From the IMG/VR virus record IMGVR_UViG_3300017589_000150, positions 1-34,542 of that record: DNA of 34,542 nt; one strand, written 5' to 3'. This document shows positions 1 through 7,348 of the stretch, one piece after another. Positions within the stretch are counted from its first letter, which is position 1. The number at the start of each line of letters is the position of its first letter. The notes under the pieces are model-generated. The model had not been told where the DNA came from. It ran no database searches and saw only the letters and a program-made list of their open reading frames with translations. A program made the translations under genes and the position numbers. This DNA comes from a virus. Its lineage: Duplodnaviria > Caudoviricetes.

Positions 1-2
1 TC

Positions 3-143
3 GACAGAAACACCATAAGAAGGACATACAACCGGGCTCAGTACATATCTCAAAGAACGGCCATGATGCAATGGTGGGGTGATTTTCTGATTGCAGTTCG
101 GGATGGGAAAGATGTCCCGCTAAAACCGAATATAAATATATAG
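3..143 (+). CDS. int: Tyrosine integrase (P4/IntA-like), C-terminal fragment; 5' part lies outside the window
   Basis: Manual translation of frame 3: DRNTIRRTYNRAQYISQRTAMMQWWGDFLIAVRDGKDVPLKPNINI*, matching the P4-family end motif with the catalytic Tyr in TYNRA and MMQWW. Confidence 0.88.
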   Translation, partial: DRNTIRRTYNRAQYISQRTAMMQWWGDFLIAVRDGKDVPLKPNINI

Positions 144-145
144 GC

Positions 146-169
146 TAACAGGGGTTCAAATCCTCTAGG
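146..169 (+). other. Candidate att core resembling the 3' part of tRNA-Glu (variable loop and T-arm)
   Basis: TAACAGGGGTTCAAATCCTCTAGG resembles tRNA-Glu TAACAGGGGTTCGAATCCCCT; lies 2 nt after the integrase stop; acceptor strand is degenerate. Confidence 0.55.
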
Positions 170-667
170 CACTGTCAGTATTACTTCCACCACTTAAGCT
201 ATATCACCAATTGTTGGGGAATTTTTAGCAAATAGGTATCTTTTCTCTTTGCTATAGATCCCTAGTAGACCTTATAACCATTTTTCATAATTCTAAGCAT
301 TGTAATTGCCAGTAACAGTAACCAATTTTGTTTAGGTTTTGTGGAGAGGGCACGGGGCCAAGCTAAAACAAGTATTAAGTTTGAGGTGGAGGTGCTGATG
401 TATGTTAATCAGATTCGTTCGTATAATACTAAAAAAGGGCCTAAATAACAGGAGCCTTAATTGTCCAGAAGCTACCAGAATACCCCAGTCTTTCTGGATA
501 AAATTACATTTATTACTATACAAGTTCCAAGAATATGATATTTATAAAGAGACAAACACACTTTAATTTTTCAATTGTGCTAAAAACTCAACAAATTAAA
601 ACATTTTATGGTAAGAATACAGATGTAATTTTATTATTTATGTTGTATTCTATTACGCAATAGGGAG

Positions 668-1282
668 GTGCTTCAAAAAATGATTATAAATAGAGAACAA
701 AAAATCAATAATGCAATTGCTTTTTTTGCTATTAAATTTCATTCTCGTTGTAAATATTGGCCCTCTCAGACGTGGATTTATAAGCTTCTTGCTTTTTTGG
801 ATCACAGAATATTGAAAAAAACTGGTATCCCCTGTTTAGGTTTGAATTATGTGGCCATGGAACTAGGCCCAGTTCCAACAGAACTATATGAAAACAGGTA
901 TAACCTTAAGAATGATACGTTTCATTTTGTTCCTATAGAAAATAAAATAGAAGTAATCGCATGTAAAGAGCCAGATCTATCTTATTTTTCTGACCTTGTT
1001 ATAGATGAAATGGAGCAGATCAGTGATGAGTTTATTTATTCAACAAAAACCTTACCTGAAACAATAGACGCGGCACATGAAGAAATAAGTTCATGGAAAA
1101 AGGCTTGGAAAATAGCACAAGAGAATGGTCGCAAAATGATGCTTATGGAGTTTAAAGATGAATTTGATACTGATCCATATTCAACCCAAGAAGAATTGAC
1201 TCCTCAGCAGGAAGCCTTTTTACGTTATGAAGGAATAAATGAACTTGAACTTTCAATTGGATCCAATGCAGAGAAGCCATGA
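668..1282 (+). CDS. Panacea (DUF4065/SocA-like) antitoxin
   Basis: YKLLAFLD..ILKKTG...LGLNYVAMELGPVPTELYE fits the Panacea motif; GGAGG nearby; ATGA overlap with the next gene. Confidence 0.85.
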   Translation: MLQKMIINREQKINNAIAFFAIKFHSRCKYWPSQTWIYKLLAFLDHRILKKTGIPCLGLNYVAMELGPVPTELYENRYNLKNDTFHFVPIENKIEVIACKEPDLSYFSDLVIDEMEQISDEFIYSTKTLPETIDAAHEEISSWKKAWKIAQENGRKMMLMEFKDEFDTDPYSTQEELTPQQEAFLRYEGINELELSIGSNAEKP

Positions 1283-1767
1283 TAATTGGGGATATCTTCA
1301 CATGGGACGATTTCCCGTTTCCCAAGAATGGTGCAATTAAAGATAGATGGTTTTTATATTTGGGTGAAGGTCATTCCGAGGGGGATGTTTTTGCTCCATT
1401 TGTTTCTTTTCTAAATACAACAACAACCCAGCTTTCTTATTACGAAGATGAAGGTGATCGTTGCCAAAATCTACATATTTTATTCAAAGAGTCAGACGGA
1501 TATGGATTTGAGAGAGATTCTATCTTAGATGTAGATCAGGATTTTTCATCTATTGATCATAATGTTTTCAAAGATGCCGAAACAAAAAATAAAATACTTA
1601 AAGTTGGGGCAATACCACACAGTGTTCTTAATAAAGTTTATTCTCTTATTTGTAAATCAAAGAATATTGACTGGATTGTTAAGAAAACGATACATGATAA
1701 TTTGTCAGCAGCAGGTATTAATGGATTATCATCTCTTCCTCCAAAACGAAGCTTTAAAATATACTGA
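1279..1767 (+). CDS. PemK/MazF-like toxin (putative PanT)
   Basis: GDIFTWDDFPF...KDRWFLYL, TTTQ and GFERDSILDVDQ resemble the PemK fold signature; coupled to the Panacea gene. Confidence 0.6.
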   Translation: MIIGDIFTWDDFPFPKNGAIKDRWFLYLGEGHSEGDVFAPFVSFLNTTTTQLSYYEDEGDRCQNLHILFKESDGYGFERDSILDVDQDFSSIDHNVFKDAETKNKILKVGAIPHSVLNKVYSLICKSKNIDWIVKKTIHDNLSAAGINGLSSLPPKRSFKIY

Positions 1768-1876
1768 ATATTTTCTAATAATAACTTTTACTTTGCATTT
1801 TTATAAATTCTAGCACTGTGCTATACATACATGTAAACAAGCACAGTGCTATTGAGGTTGTATTTTTAAAAGTTTT

Positions 1877-2359
1877 TCAAAACAATATAGTCGCATACGT
1901 GATACCTATACCTATAACACACTCCCCGATATGCGTCACGCCAATGAATGGACCGACCGCCCACCTCTTATGCTGTTCTTTTGTTAGAGTAGTTTCAAGC
2001 ACATCCTTCTCTTCATGCAGTGTCTTTACCTGCCCCTGCCATTCTGAACGTTCCTGCAGGCGGTTCTTATTGAGATCTTCTACAGCGGAAATCAGCCTGT
2101 CTATCTGCGCATCCTTTGAGGCCAGAATCTGCCTTAGGGCAGATATCTCAGCTGATTGCGTATCTATCAGCTCCATGGTATCCCGGCCGTCTTTCAGCGG
2201 TACAACATAAGCAGCGTCAGTTAGTTTCGCTCCCGGCTCCGCCATCTTTATTTTTCCGTTGTTCGCGGTATTCGCCGATGCGTGCATTCCAGGCAGCAGC
2301 AACAGCATCATTATCAAGCTCAGCAATATTCTTAACAGCCTTCTTTTTAGCACTAGCAA
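1877..2359 (-). CDS. Putative outer-membrane spanin-like protein
   Basis: Basic-hydrophobic signal peptide ending ASA, central coiled coil, C-terminal beta-strands ending in Phe; starts inside the preceding gene in another frame with a GAGGAGG SD. Confidence 0.55.
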   Translation of the reverse strand: MLVLKRRLLRILLSLIMMLLLLPGMHASANTANNGKIKMAEPGAKLTDAAYVVPLKDGRDTMELIDTQSAEISALRQILASKDAQIDRLISAVEDLNKNRLQERSEWQGQVKTLHEEKDVLETTLTKEQHKRWAVGPFIGVTHIGECVIGIGITYATILF

Positions 2360-2579
2360 CCACCTCCTCGCTCTGCGACCGTTCCAGGTTTATATCTCTG
2401 AAGATCTCTTTAATCCTTCCTGAGCTGACATCGGCTGACATAGCAGCGGTGGGGAACTGTGATATACATTCAGGTTTTACCTTCCGATGAGTCCCTATGT
2501 AAAAAGATGTCATGGCAATTATTACTGCAGCCAGCACAAGGAAAATGACCCAGTACCATTTATTTATCTTTAGCATCAT
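2217..2579 (-). CDS. Putative inner-membrane spanin (Rz-like)
   Basis: N-terminal TM (WYWVIFLVLAAVIIAM) then a helical region; start moved to ATG 2579/2576 after GAGAGG; follows the holin. Confidence 0.6.
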   Translation of the reverse strand: MMLKINKWYWVIFLVLAAVIIAMTSFYIGTHRKVKPECISQFPTAAMSADVSSGRIKEIFRDINLERSQSEEVVASAKKKAVKNIAELDNDAVAAAWNARIGEYREQRKNKDGGAGSETN

Positions 2580-2802
2580 GAGCACCTCTCTCAGATATTT
2601 TCTTTCCGACATATCCGCCCATAGCCACACCGTATGCCGCCGTCAATTCTCCAAAATGTTCAAACGGCTGTCTTATACACTGTTCGAGAAGCCAAGCTAT
2701 GAGCAGGGAAATAAAAAGCACGAAGCACATGAACCTGGGGAGGCTCATATATCCATCCAAATCGTACAATGTGCTGCATAGGTCTCGTAAAAACTTTTTC
2801 AT
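2560..2802 (-). CDS. Holin (two TM segments)
   Basis: 80 aa, two hydrophobic segments, charged C-terminus, in the lysis cassette. Confidence 0.7.
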   Translation of the reverse strand: MKKFLRDLCSTLYDLDGYMSLPRFMCFVLFISLLIAWLLEQCIRQPFEHFGELTAAYGVAMGGYVGKKISERGAHDAKDK

Positions 2803-3092
2803 TTCGTCACACCAATTGCCGACAATAAATCAAGTATCTGCTGTGCTATGCTGAGAAACCACCCTATAAAACCTCCGAGTGCCAGCATGACCCCTATGAT
2901 TCCACGGAGAAAATATTTATTCTGCATAGCAGTATGCTCAAGTGTCTGGACGCGGGAGTCAAGATCGTTTATCTCTCCTGCTATTTCCTTATCCTGTACC
3001 GCTCTGGCAGCGTCTCTTTCCACCAATGAGGTTACGTTCTTGTCTATCCTGATGATCGCGTTCTCCATCTGTTCCGGGGTCATCCGTTCCAC
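2799..3092 (-). CDS. XhlA-like/holin-associated membrane protein
   Basis: N-terminal coiled coil plus C-terminal TM (GIIGVMLALGGFIGWFL). Confidence 0.55.
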   Translation of the reverse strand: MERMTPEQMENAIIRIDKNVTSLVERDAARAVQDKEIAGEINDLDSRVQTLEHTAMQNKYFLRGIIGVMLALGGFIGWFLSIAQQILDLLSAIGVTK

Positions 3093-3442
3093 CTCGCTCT
3101 ATACCCTCTTACATCTACATGTGTAAACGTCGGATACCTACCTATGCCGCCATTCTTAAACACGTCTATTTGTTCCGCGAAGTCAGCCACTTTGCCAGGA
3201 TCCATACCTTTGACCCTGATGTCTGCCGCCCTGCCTTTTATATGTTGTGAATCTTTGACTCCACCAATTTTTTTGTTATATTCTCGGCACCGCACGGCAG
3301 AGTTTATGATGATCGGCATACCTATCAGATCTCTCAGCGCCTGAAGCCCTTTAACCAGCCTGATGTCTACATAATTGCCGCCGCATTTGCCGCACTTGCA
3401 TTTAAACTCATCACGTGAAAAATCTTTTGTCAGATCACCCAT
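3080..3442 (-). CDS. Endolysin, peptidase M15A (YcbK-like)
   Basis: FSRDEFKCKCG, INSAVRC, SQHIKGRAADI, FTHVDVRG Zn-peptidase motifs. Confidence 0.92.
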   Translation of the reverse strand: MGDLTKDFSRDEFKCKCGKCGGNYVDIRLVKGLQALRDLIGMPIIINSAVRCREYNKKIGGVKDSQHIKGRAADIRVKGMDPGKVADFAEQIDVFKNGGIGRYPTFTHVDVRGYRARWNG

Positions 3443-3905
3443 TAGTCACCCATCTTTCATATCCACCGGCCAGTGCCTCAACATTTCTGGCATAAGACGA
3501 ACCATCGCCGGCGCCGTTGTAAGCCCCTGCGGCTTTCCTGATATCTCCATCATTTTTCTTGAGCAGAACACATAGATGCGCCGTACCGAAACGTATATTC
3601 TTATTGGCGTCAAGCAAGTCCGCTATCGAGTGCGCACCATAGCCGTAAGCCAAAGGAAACATGAGCTGCATAAGCCCGTAACTTGTCGCCATCTGTTCCG
3701 GTGTTAATCCGCATTCATGCGCGATTTTCAAATTACGTTTGTTTCCGAAAACATAGCGCCTCAAATAATCGCTTTCAAAACGGATAGCTGCAGGGTTACC
3801 GCCGCTTTCCTGCTCTATAACAGCTAAAATCAGTCCGGCCGGGACACCTGTCTGACGCGACCAATGCATTGCTATAGGCTTATAGGCCTGTACACTTGTC
3901 CTCAT
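3435..3905 (-). CDS. Lytic transglycosylase (SLT domain) endolysin
   Basis: AVIEQESGGNP, SYGLMQL, NIRFGT, AYNG SLT motifs. Confidence 0.92.
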   Translation of the reverse strand: MRTSVQAYKPIAMHWSRQTGVPAGLILAVIEQESGGNPAAIRFESDYLRRYVFGNKRNLKIAHECGLTPEQMATSYGLMQLMFPLAYGYGAHSIADLLDANKNIRFGTAHLCVLLKKNDGDIRKAAGAYNGAGDGSSYARNVEALAGGYERWVTNG

Positions 3906-3950
3906 TGTTTTGCCGCCTTTCTATGCCGCTGCACTGACAGGGCAAAATAA

Positions 3951-3976
3951 AAGAGAGCCGTTCCAGGCTCTCTCTT
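3951..3976 (-). terminator. Intrinsic terminator-like hairpin between tail and lysis modules
   Basis: AGAGAGCC/GGCTCTCT stem followed by a T-rich tract on the minus strand. Confidence 0.6.
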
Positions 3977-4007
3977 GATATTCTTTGCATTATGAAAATC
4001 TTATTGT

Positions 4008-4457
4008 TTATACCCATTGGATTGCATTTATTTCCTCATCTGTTGTGCATCCGTCTATTGACTCATCATACACAGCCTCTTTGTCGAAACAGTCCTGCAC
4101 ATGATCTCGTACCACTTGGGCAATTTCTATCACCTGGGCAGCAGTTAGAGGTACAAAACCATCTGAGGTCTTCCACCTTACAGTGTATGCACTGTCACGG
4201 ATGGCCGCCAAAGCCGCTCCTGTAATAAGCGCCTGACTGTCGCGGTCTGTTGCTATGAAGTAATTGCCGTATTTTATCCCTGCCGTCTCCGTCGTATAAC
4301 GTGATGCCGCTATCTCCGATTTTTTAGCTTTCTTAAGATCGTCCAGCGTAACCTCGGCAGGAGGATGAAGTGATATCCACTCTTCCTGGGTGAAATATCC
4401 TTCAGGTTTTATGTCCCAGACTTCATAATTTCCTTCAGGGCTGTAAAACTTAGGCAT
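4008..4457 (-). CDS. Tail fibre assembly-like protein (DUF4376-like)
   Basis: IATDRDSQALITGA...WKTSDGFVPLTA...HVQDCF pattern; follows the fibre gene. Confidence 0.8.
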   Translation of the reverse strand: MPKFYSPEGNYEVWDIKPEGYFTQEEWISLHPPAEVTLDDLKKAKKSEIAASRYTTETAGIKYGNYFIATDRDSQALITGAALAAIRDSAYTVRWKTSDGFVPLTAAQVIEIAQVVRDHVQDCFDKEAVYDESIDGCTTDEEINAIQWV

Positions 4458-4469
4458 TGAACCACCTCC

Positions 4470-5384
4470 CTAATACCTTATGACAAGCGCCCCATTGTTG
4501 CCTGCCCCTCCCGTACCTGGGGCAGATGAAGTCGCCGTGCCGCCTGTCCCTGCAACAGGGGATAGAACCCCGTTAACAATCAGGCCGCCATGCCCGCCCT
4601 CACCGCCGCAGGAGCGGGCTGCGGTGTTCTGGGTATAAACCTGACCTGCACCTCCGCCTCCGCCGGCTCCGTATCCTTTTCCGCCTTCACCGCCTCTGCC
4701 TGTAACTTTGTAGGCGGTTGCTGAAATACCGTCTGCACCATCTGCAGGAAGATAATGAGGGAGAACATCGGAAGCATCGGCGGTGCTGTATAAATTACCG
4801 AATACAGTATTCCCGCCTGGGGCAGCTCCTATAACAACCGTGTAAGAAGTCCCCGGAACAACTGAACACTTTACGTTGCGCAGATATTTACCTGCTTCAC
4901 CGCCAGCACCAGCGTTATTAGTAATGCCGGTGCCGCCGCTGCTGCCGGAATAGCCGCCGCCAATCGCATCCAAGGTTATTTCGGTTACGCCTTCCGGACA
5001 CAGCCATGATCCTGATGTCGTTATTAAATCGATATTGGGAGGATTGCCTGACGCGACAAGAGTACCGGTACCCGTATAAGATACGATGACCGTTTTACCG
5101 GCATCGGCTGCGTTGAAAAGTATAGTACCCGTATTCCAGCTATCGTCGTTATCAGCTTTAGTAGAGTAGTCCGGCCAGAATTCACCGGAGGCTGGAGCGG
5201 CGCTGACCTCGTTGGCTGTAACTCCGGCGATAGTCAGGCTGATTGACGACGGGTTATCTTTTTTGGGGACCTCCTCCAGCCGTATTGTGTATGGAGAATT
5301 GCTTGGAATAATATGTGTTTCGCCTGTTATATTTATAGCTTCAGAAGCATCGCTGAACGGGTCATATCTATAATCGTGTGGCAT
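4470..5384 (-). CDS. Tail fibre/receptor-binding protein with glycine-rich C-terminal domain
   Basis: TSGSWLCPEGVTEI..AIGGG motif, GxG-rich tract and GALVIRY terminus; position after the hub gene. Confidence 0.75.
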   Translation of the reverse strand: MPHDYRYDPFSDASEAINITGETHIIPSNSPYTIRLEEVPKKDNPSSISLTIAGVTANEVSAAPASGEFWPDYSTKADNDDSWNTGTILFNAADAGKTVIVSYTGTGTLVASGNPPNIDLITTSGSWLCPEGVTEITLDAIGGGYSGSSGGTGITNNAGAGGEAGKYLRNVKCSVVPGTSYTVVIGAAPGGNTVFGNLYSTADASDVLPHYLPADGADGISATAYKVTGRGGEGGKGYGAGGGGGAGQVYTQNTAARSCGGEGGHGGLIVNGVLSPVAGTGGTATSSAPGTGGAGNNGALVIRY

Positions 5385-5399
5385 AAATACACCTTCCTT

Positions 5400-6590
5400 C
5401 TAAGCCGTAGCCGCACTGCTCATACGCTGAAGCAGCTCAGCATTTTTAAGATCTCTTGTTAGCTGCAAAATAAACTGATCTAATCCTTTTGTGTACTCTC
5501 CCAGTTCCATTGTCATAGTGATCCCGTTATTGCTTATCTTGTATTTGACCTTCTGTATTGGATAGTCATAATTCGATAGGCCATCGTAAGTAGTTATCCG
5601 TGCAAGTCCCTCAGGTCTGATTTTCCGTCCTACTATTTCAGGTTTTATTCCATCTACCTTCGCCGTTCTCTTAGGGTCTTTAAGAGTGACAAGCTGGCTG
5701 TTGCCCCATTGAACTGCATCAACGTTTTCTACAGCGCTTGGTATAGTAAGCACAGCACCCCGGAGCCCGTACGCAGCTATGCTGGCAGCATCGCTTGTTT
5801 CATACACGACAGTAGAATCTCCGCCCTGCACATAGACGTAATTGACGACCGTTTCAACATCTTCTTCCGGTAAAAATTTCTCAATGTGATGTCCGACCCA
5901 GAAGCGGCTGTTTTCGTTTATATCCGTTACAAGCGGTTTGAAAAATACATCACGTGTTTCGTCCACACCATATATAAAATTGGCCGCGAACTCAGCCAGC
6001 TGTGACAATGCTTCTTTGGCCGTCACATGGTCGAATTTGAGCCCAGTTGCGATATAACCTGTGGAATAGATTTTGTCCGTTGCATATAGTGCTCCGGTAT
6101 TCGGCTCTATATAGGCACGAACAATAGATTTAACAATCTGCGATATCTCGGTATTCTCATAAGTTGCAGTTACTACAACGCCTTCGCATTGCTGAAAAAA
6201 ACCGTATCCGCTGTATTCCAGTGTTTCAGCCGTTGTACCTTCGACAGGCCGCACCTGTATGTACCCGCTGTACCATGGCTGGGGATCTCCAAACAGCCTT
6301 ATATCAATCCTCTGGTTATATGCAATTGAAATACCGTGGTTTTTGGCCAGAACAAGTTTGAACTGTGCACACCCGTTCTGGTTCAGCTCGAATTCAGCCG
6401 AAATAACAGGCGAATCCTTTCTATCAGAAACAAAAGTTGCAATCCGGATACCCTCTGAGTTGTAGAAATCTACGGCGAAATGTCCTTCTATATACGGGTA
6501 ATCTATCACCACTGCTCCTACGCGTTTTTCGGGAGAGGCTAAGCGGTATCGCCCTAAGCGGACATTCCTTCCGAACATTATGTTCGCCAT
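5400..6590 (-). CDS. Tail tip hub protein (Tal/gp27-like)
   Basis: Follows Dit; ASIAAYGLR and MTMELGE patterns typical of hub proteins. Confidence 0.65.
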   Translation of the reverse strand: MANIMFGRNVRLGRYRLASPEKRVGAVVIDYPYIEGHFAVDFYNSEGIRIATFVSDRKDSPVISAEFELNQNGCAQFKLVLAKNHGISIAYNQRIDIRLFGDPQPWYSGYIQVRPVEGTTAETLEYSGYGFFQQCEGVVVTATYENTEISQIVKSIVRAYIEPNTGALYATDKIYSTGYIATGLKFDHVTAKEALSQLAEFAANFIYGVDETRDVFFKPLVTDINENSRFWVGHHIEKFLPEEDVETVVNYVYVQGGDSTVVYETSDAASIAAYGLRGAVLTIPSAVENVDAVQWGNSQLVTLKDPKRTAKVDGIKPEIVGRKIRPEGLARITTYDGLSNYDYPIQKVKYKISNNGITMTMELGEYTKGLDQFILQLTRDLKNAELLQRMSSAATA

Positions 6591-7337
6591 TTATAACCAC
6601 CTCGGAGTGTATTGAATCTTAACGATGCATGGCGCACCCTCATAAGAAAAAGCATTGTCTCCAGGATCAAGCTCAATGAACGTGCCGGAAAAAGCATTTA
6701 TTGTATTCGAGCCATTCCTCTCAACAGTCGCATTGGCCGTGTCGAATACGACAGCAGCGCCGTCCGTCAGCTGCGGATCAGCGTAATAGCTCATCCGTCC
6801 GTTGGTTGTATCGGTCAGCTGTACAATCGGCACCGCAGTTGCCGCCGTTACCGTTATAAGTGCATGGGCATCCACATTGCCGCTGTTAATGATGGTAAAA
6901 ACCTGCGGAGTTTCAGTTATTGCAATTTCTGCAACAACTGAGGTCTCACTGTAGAAAAAAGGGTCATTGCATTTGAATTCAGCTGTGATAAAACACCTTC
7001 TGTTTGCAAAACCCGTTATAAATTCCTCTTTGAAGCTGTACAGGGAGGTAATATTGATGTACCTGTCTGCTGTTACATAAAGCTTCTGATCTCGTCGGTA
7101 TAGACGTCTTTTTATCGCGTCCATAGCTGCAAAATATTCAGCCTGGGTTTCTTCCGAAACGTATATCGTGAGATCTACAGTACGGCTGTCAATCTTCCCG
7201 TCCCCGGTATCTATAGTGCCATGCTGACAGGCGCGGTCAGATTCCTTACGGCGAACTGTAAATGGGACGCCGCTTATCCATGCGTTATCGGGCAGTACCC
7301 AGTTATCTGAACCCTTTACAAGCCTCAAACTTTCCAT
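6591..7337 (-). CDS. Distal tail protein (Dit)
   Basis: FKCNDPFFY, INSGNV, FIELDPGDN, YTPRWL; directly after the tape measure gene. Confidence 0.85.
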   Translation of the reverse strand: MESLRLVKGSDNWVLPDNAWISGVPFTVRRKESDRACQHGTIDTGDGKIDSRTVDLTIYVSEETQAEYFAAMDAIKRRLYRRDQKLYVTADRYINITSLYSFKEEFITGFANRRCFITAEFKCNDPFFYSETSVVAEIAITETPQVFTIINSGNVDAHALITVTAATAVPIVQLTDTTNGRMSYYADPQLTDGAAVVFDTANATVERNGSNTINAFSGTFIELDPGDNAFSYEGAPCIVKIQYTPRWL

Positions 7338-7348
7338 CCGAAAACCTC

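Noticed and set aside
146-180. Intact tRNA gene
   Set aside because: Only a T-arm-like stretch is present; upstream is integrase coding sequence and there is no acceptor stem or CCA.
170-500. Possible integrase arm-type repeats (ACCA-containing motifs)
   Set aside because: Too short and degenerate to define by eye.
332-523. 63-aa minus-strand ORF
   Set aside because: No SD or recognisable motif; lies in AT-rich att-flanking DNA.
4470-5384. Diversity-generating retroelement or shufflon acting on the tail fibre
   Set aside because: No reverse transcriptase, template/variable repeat pair or alternative fibre ends seen.
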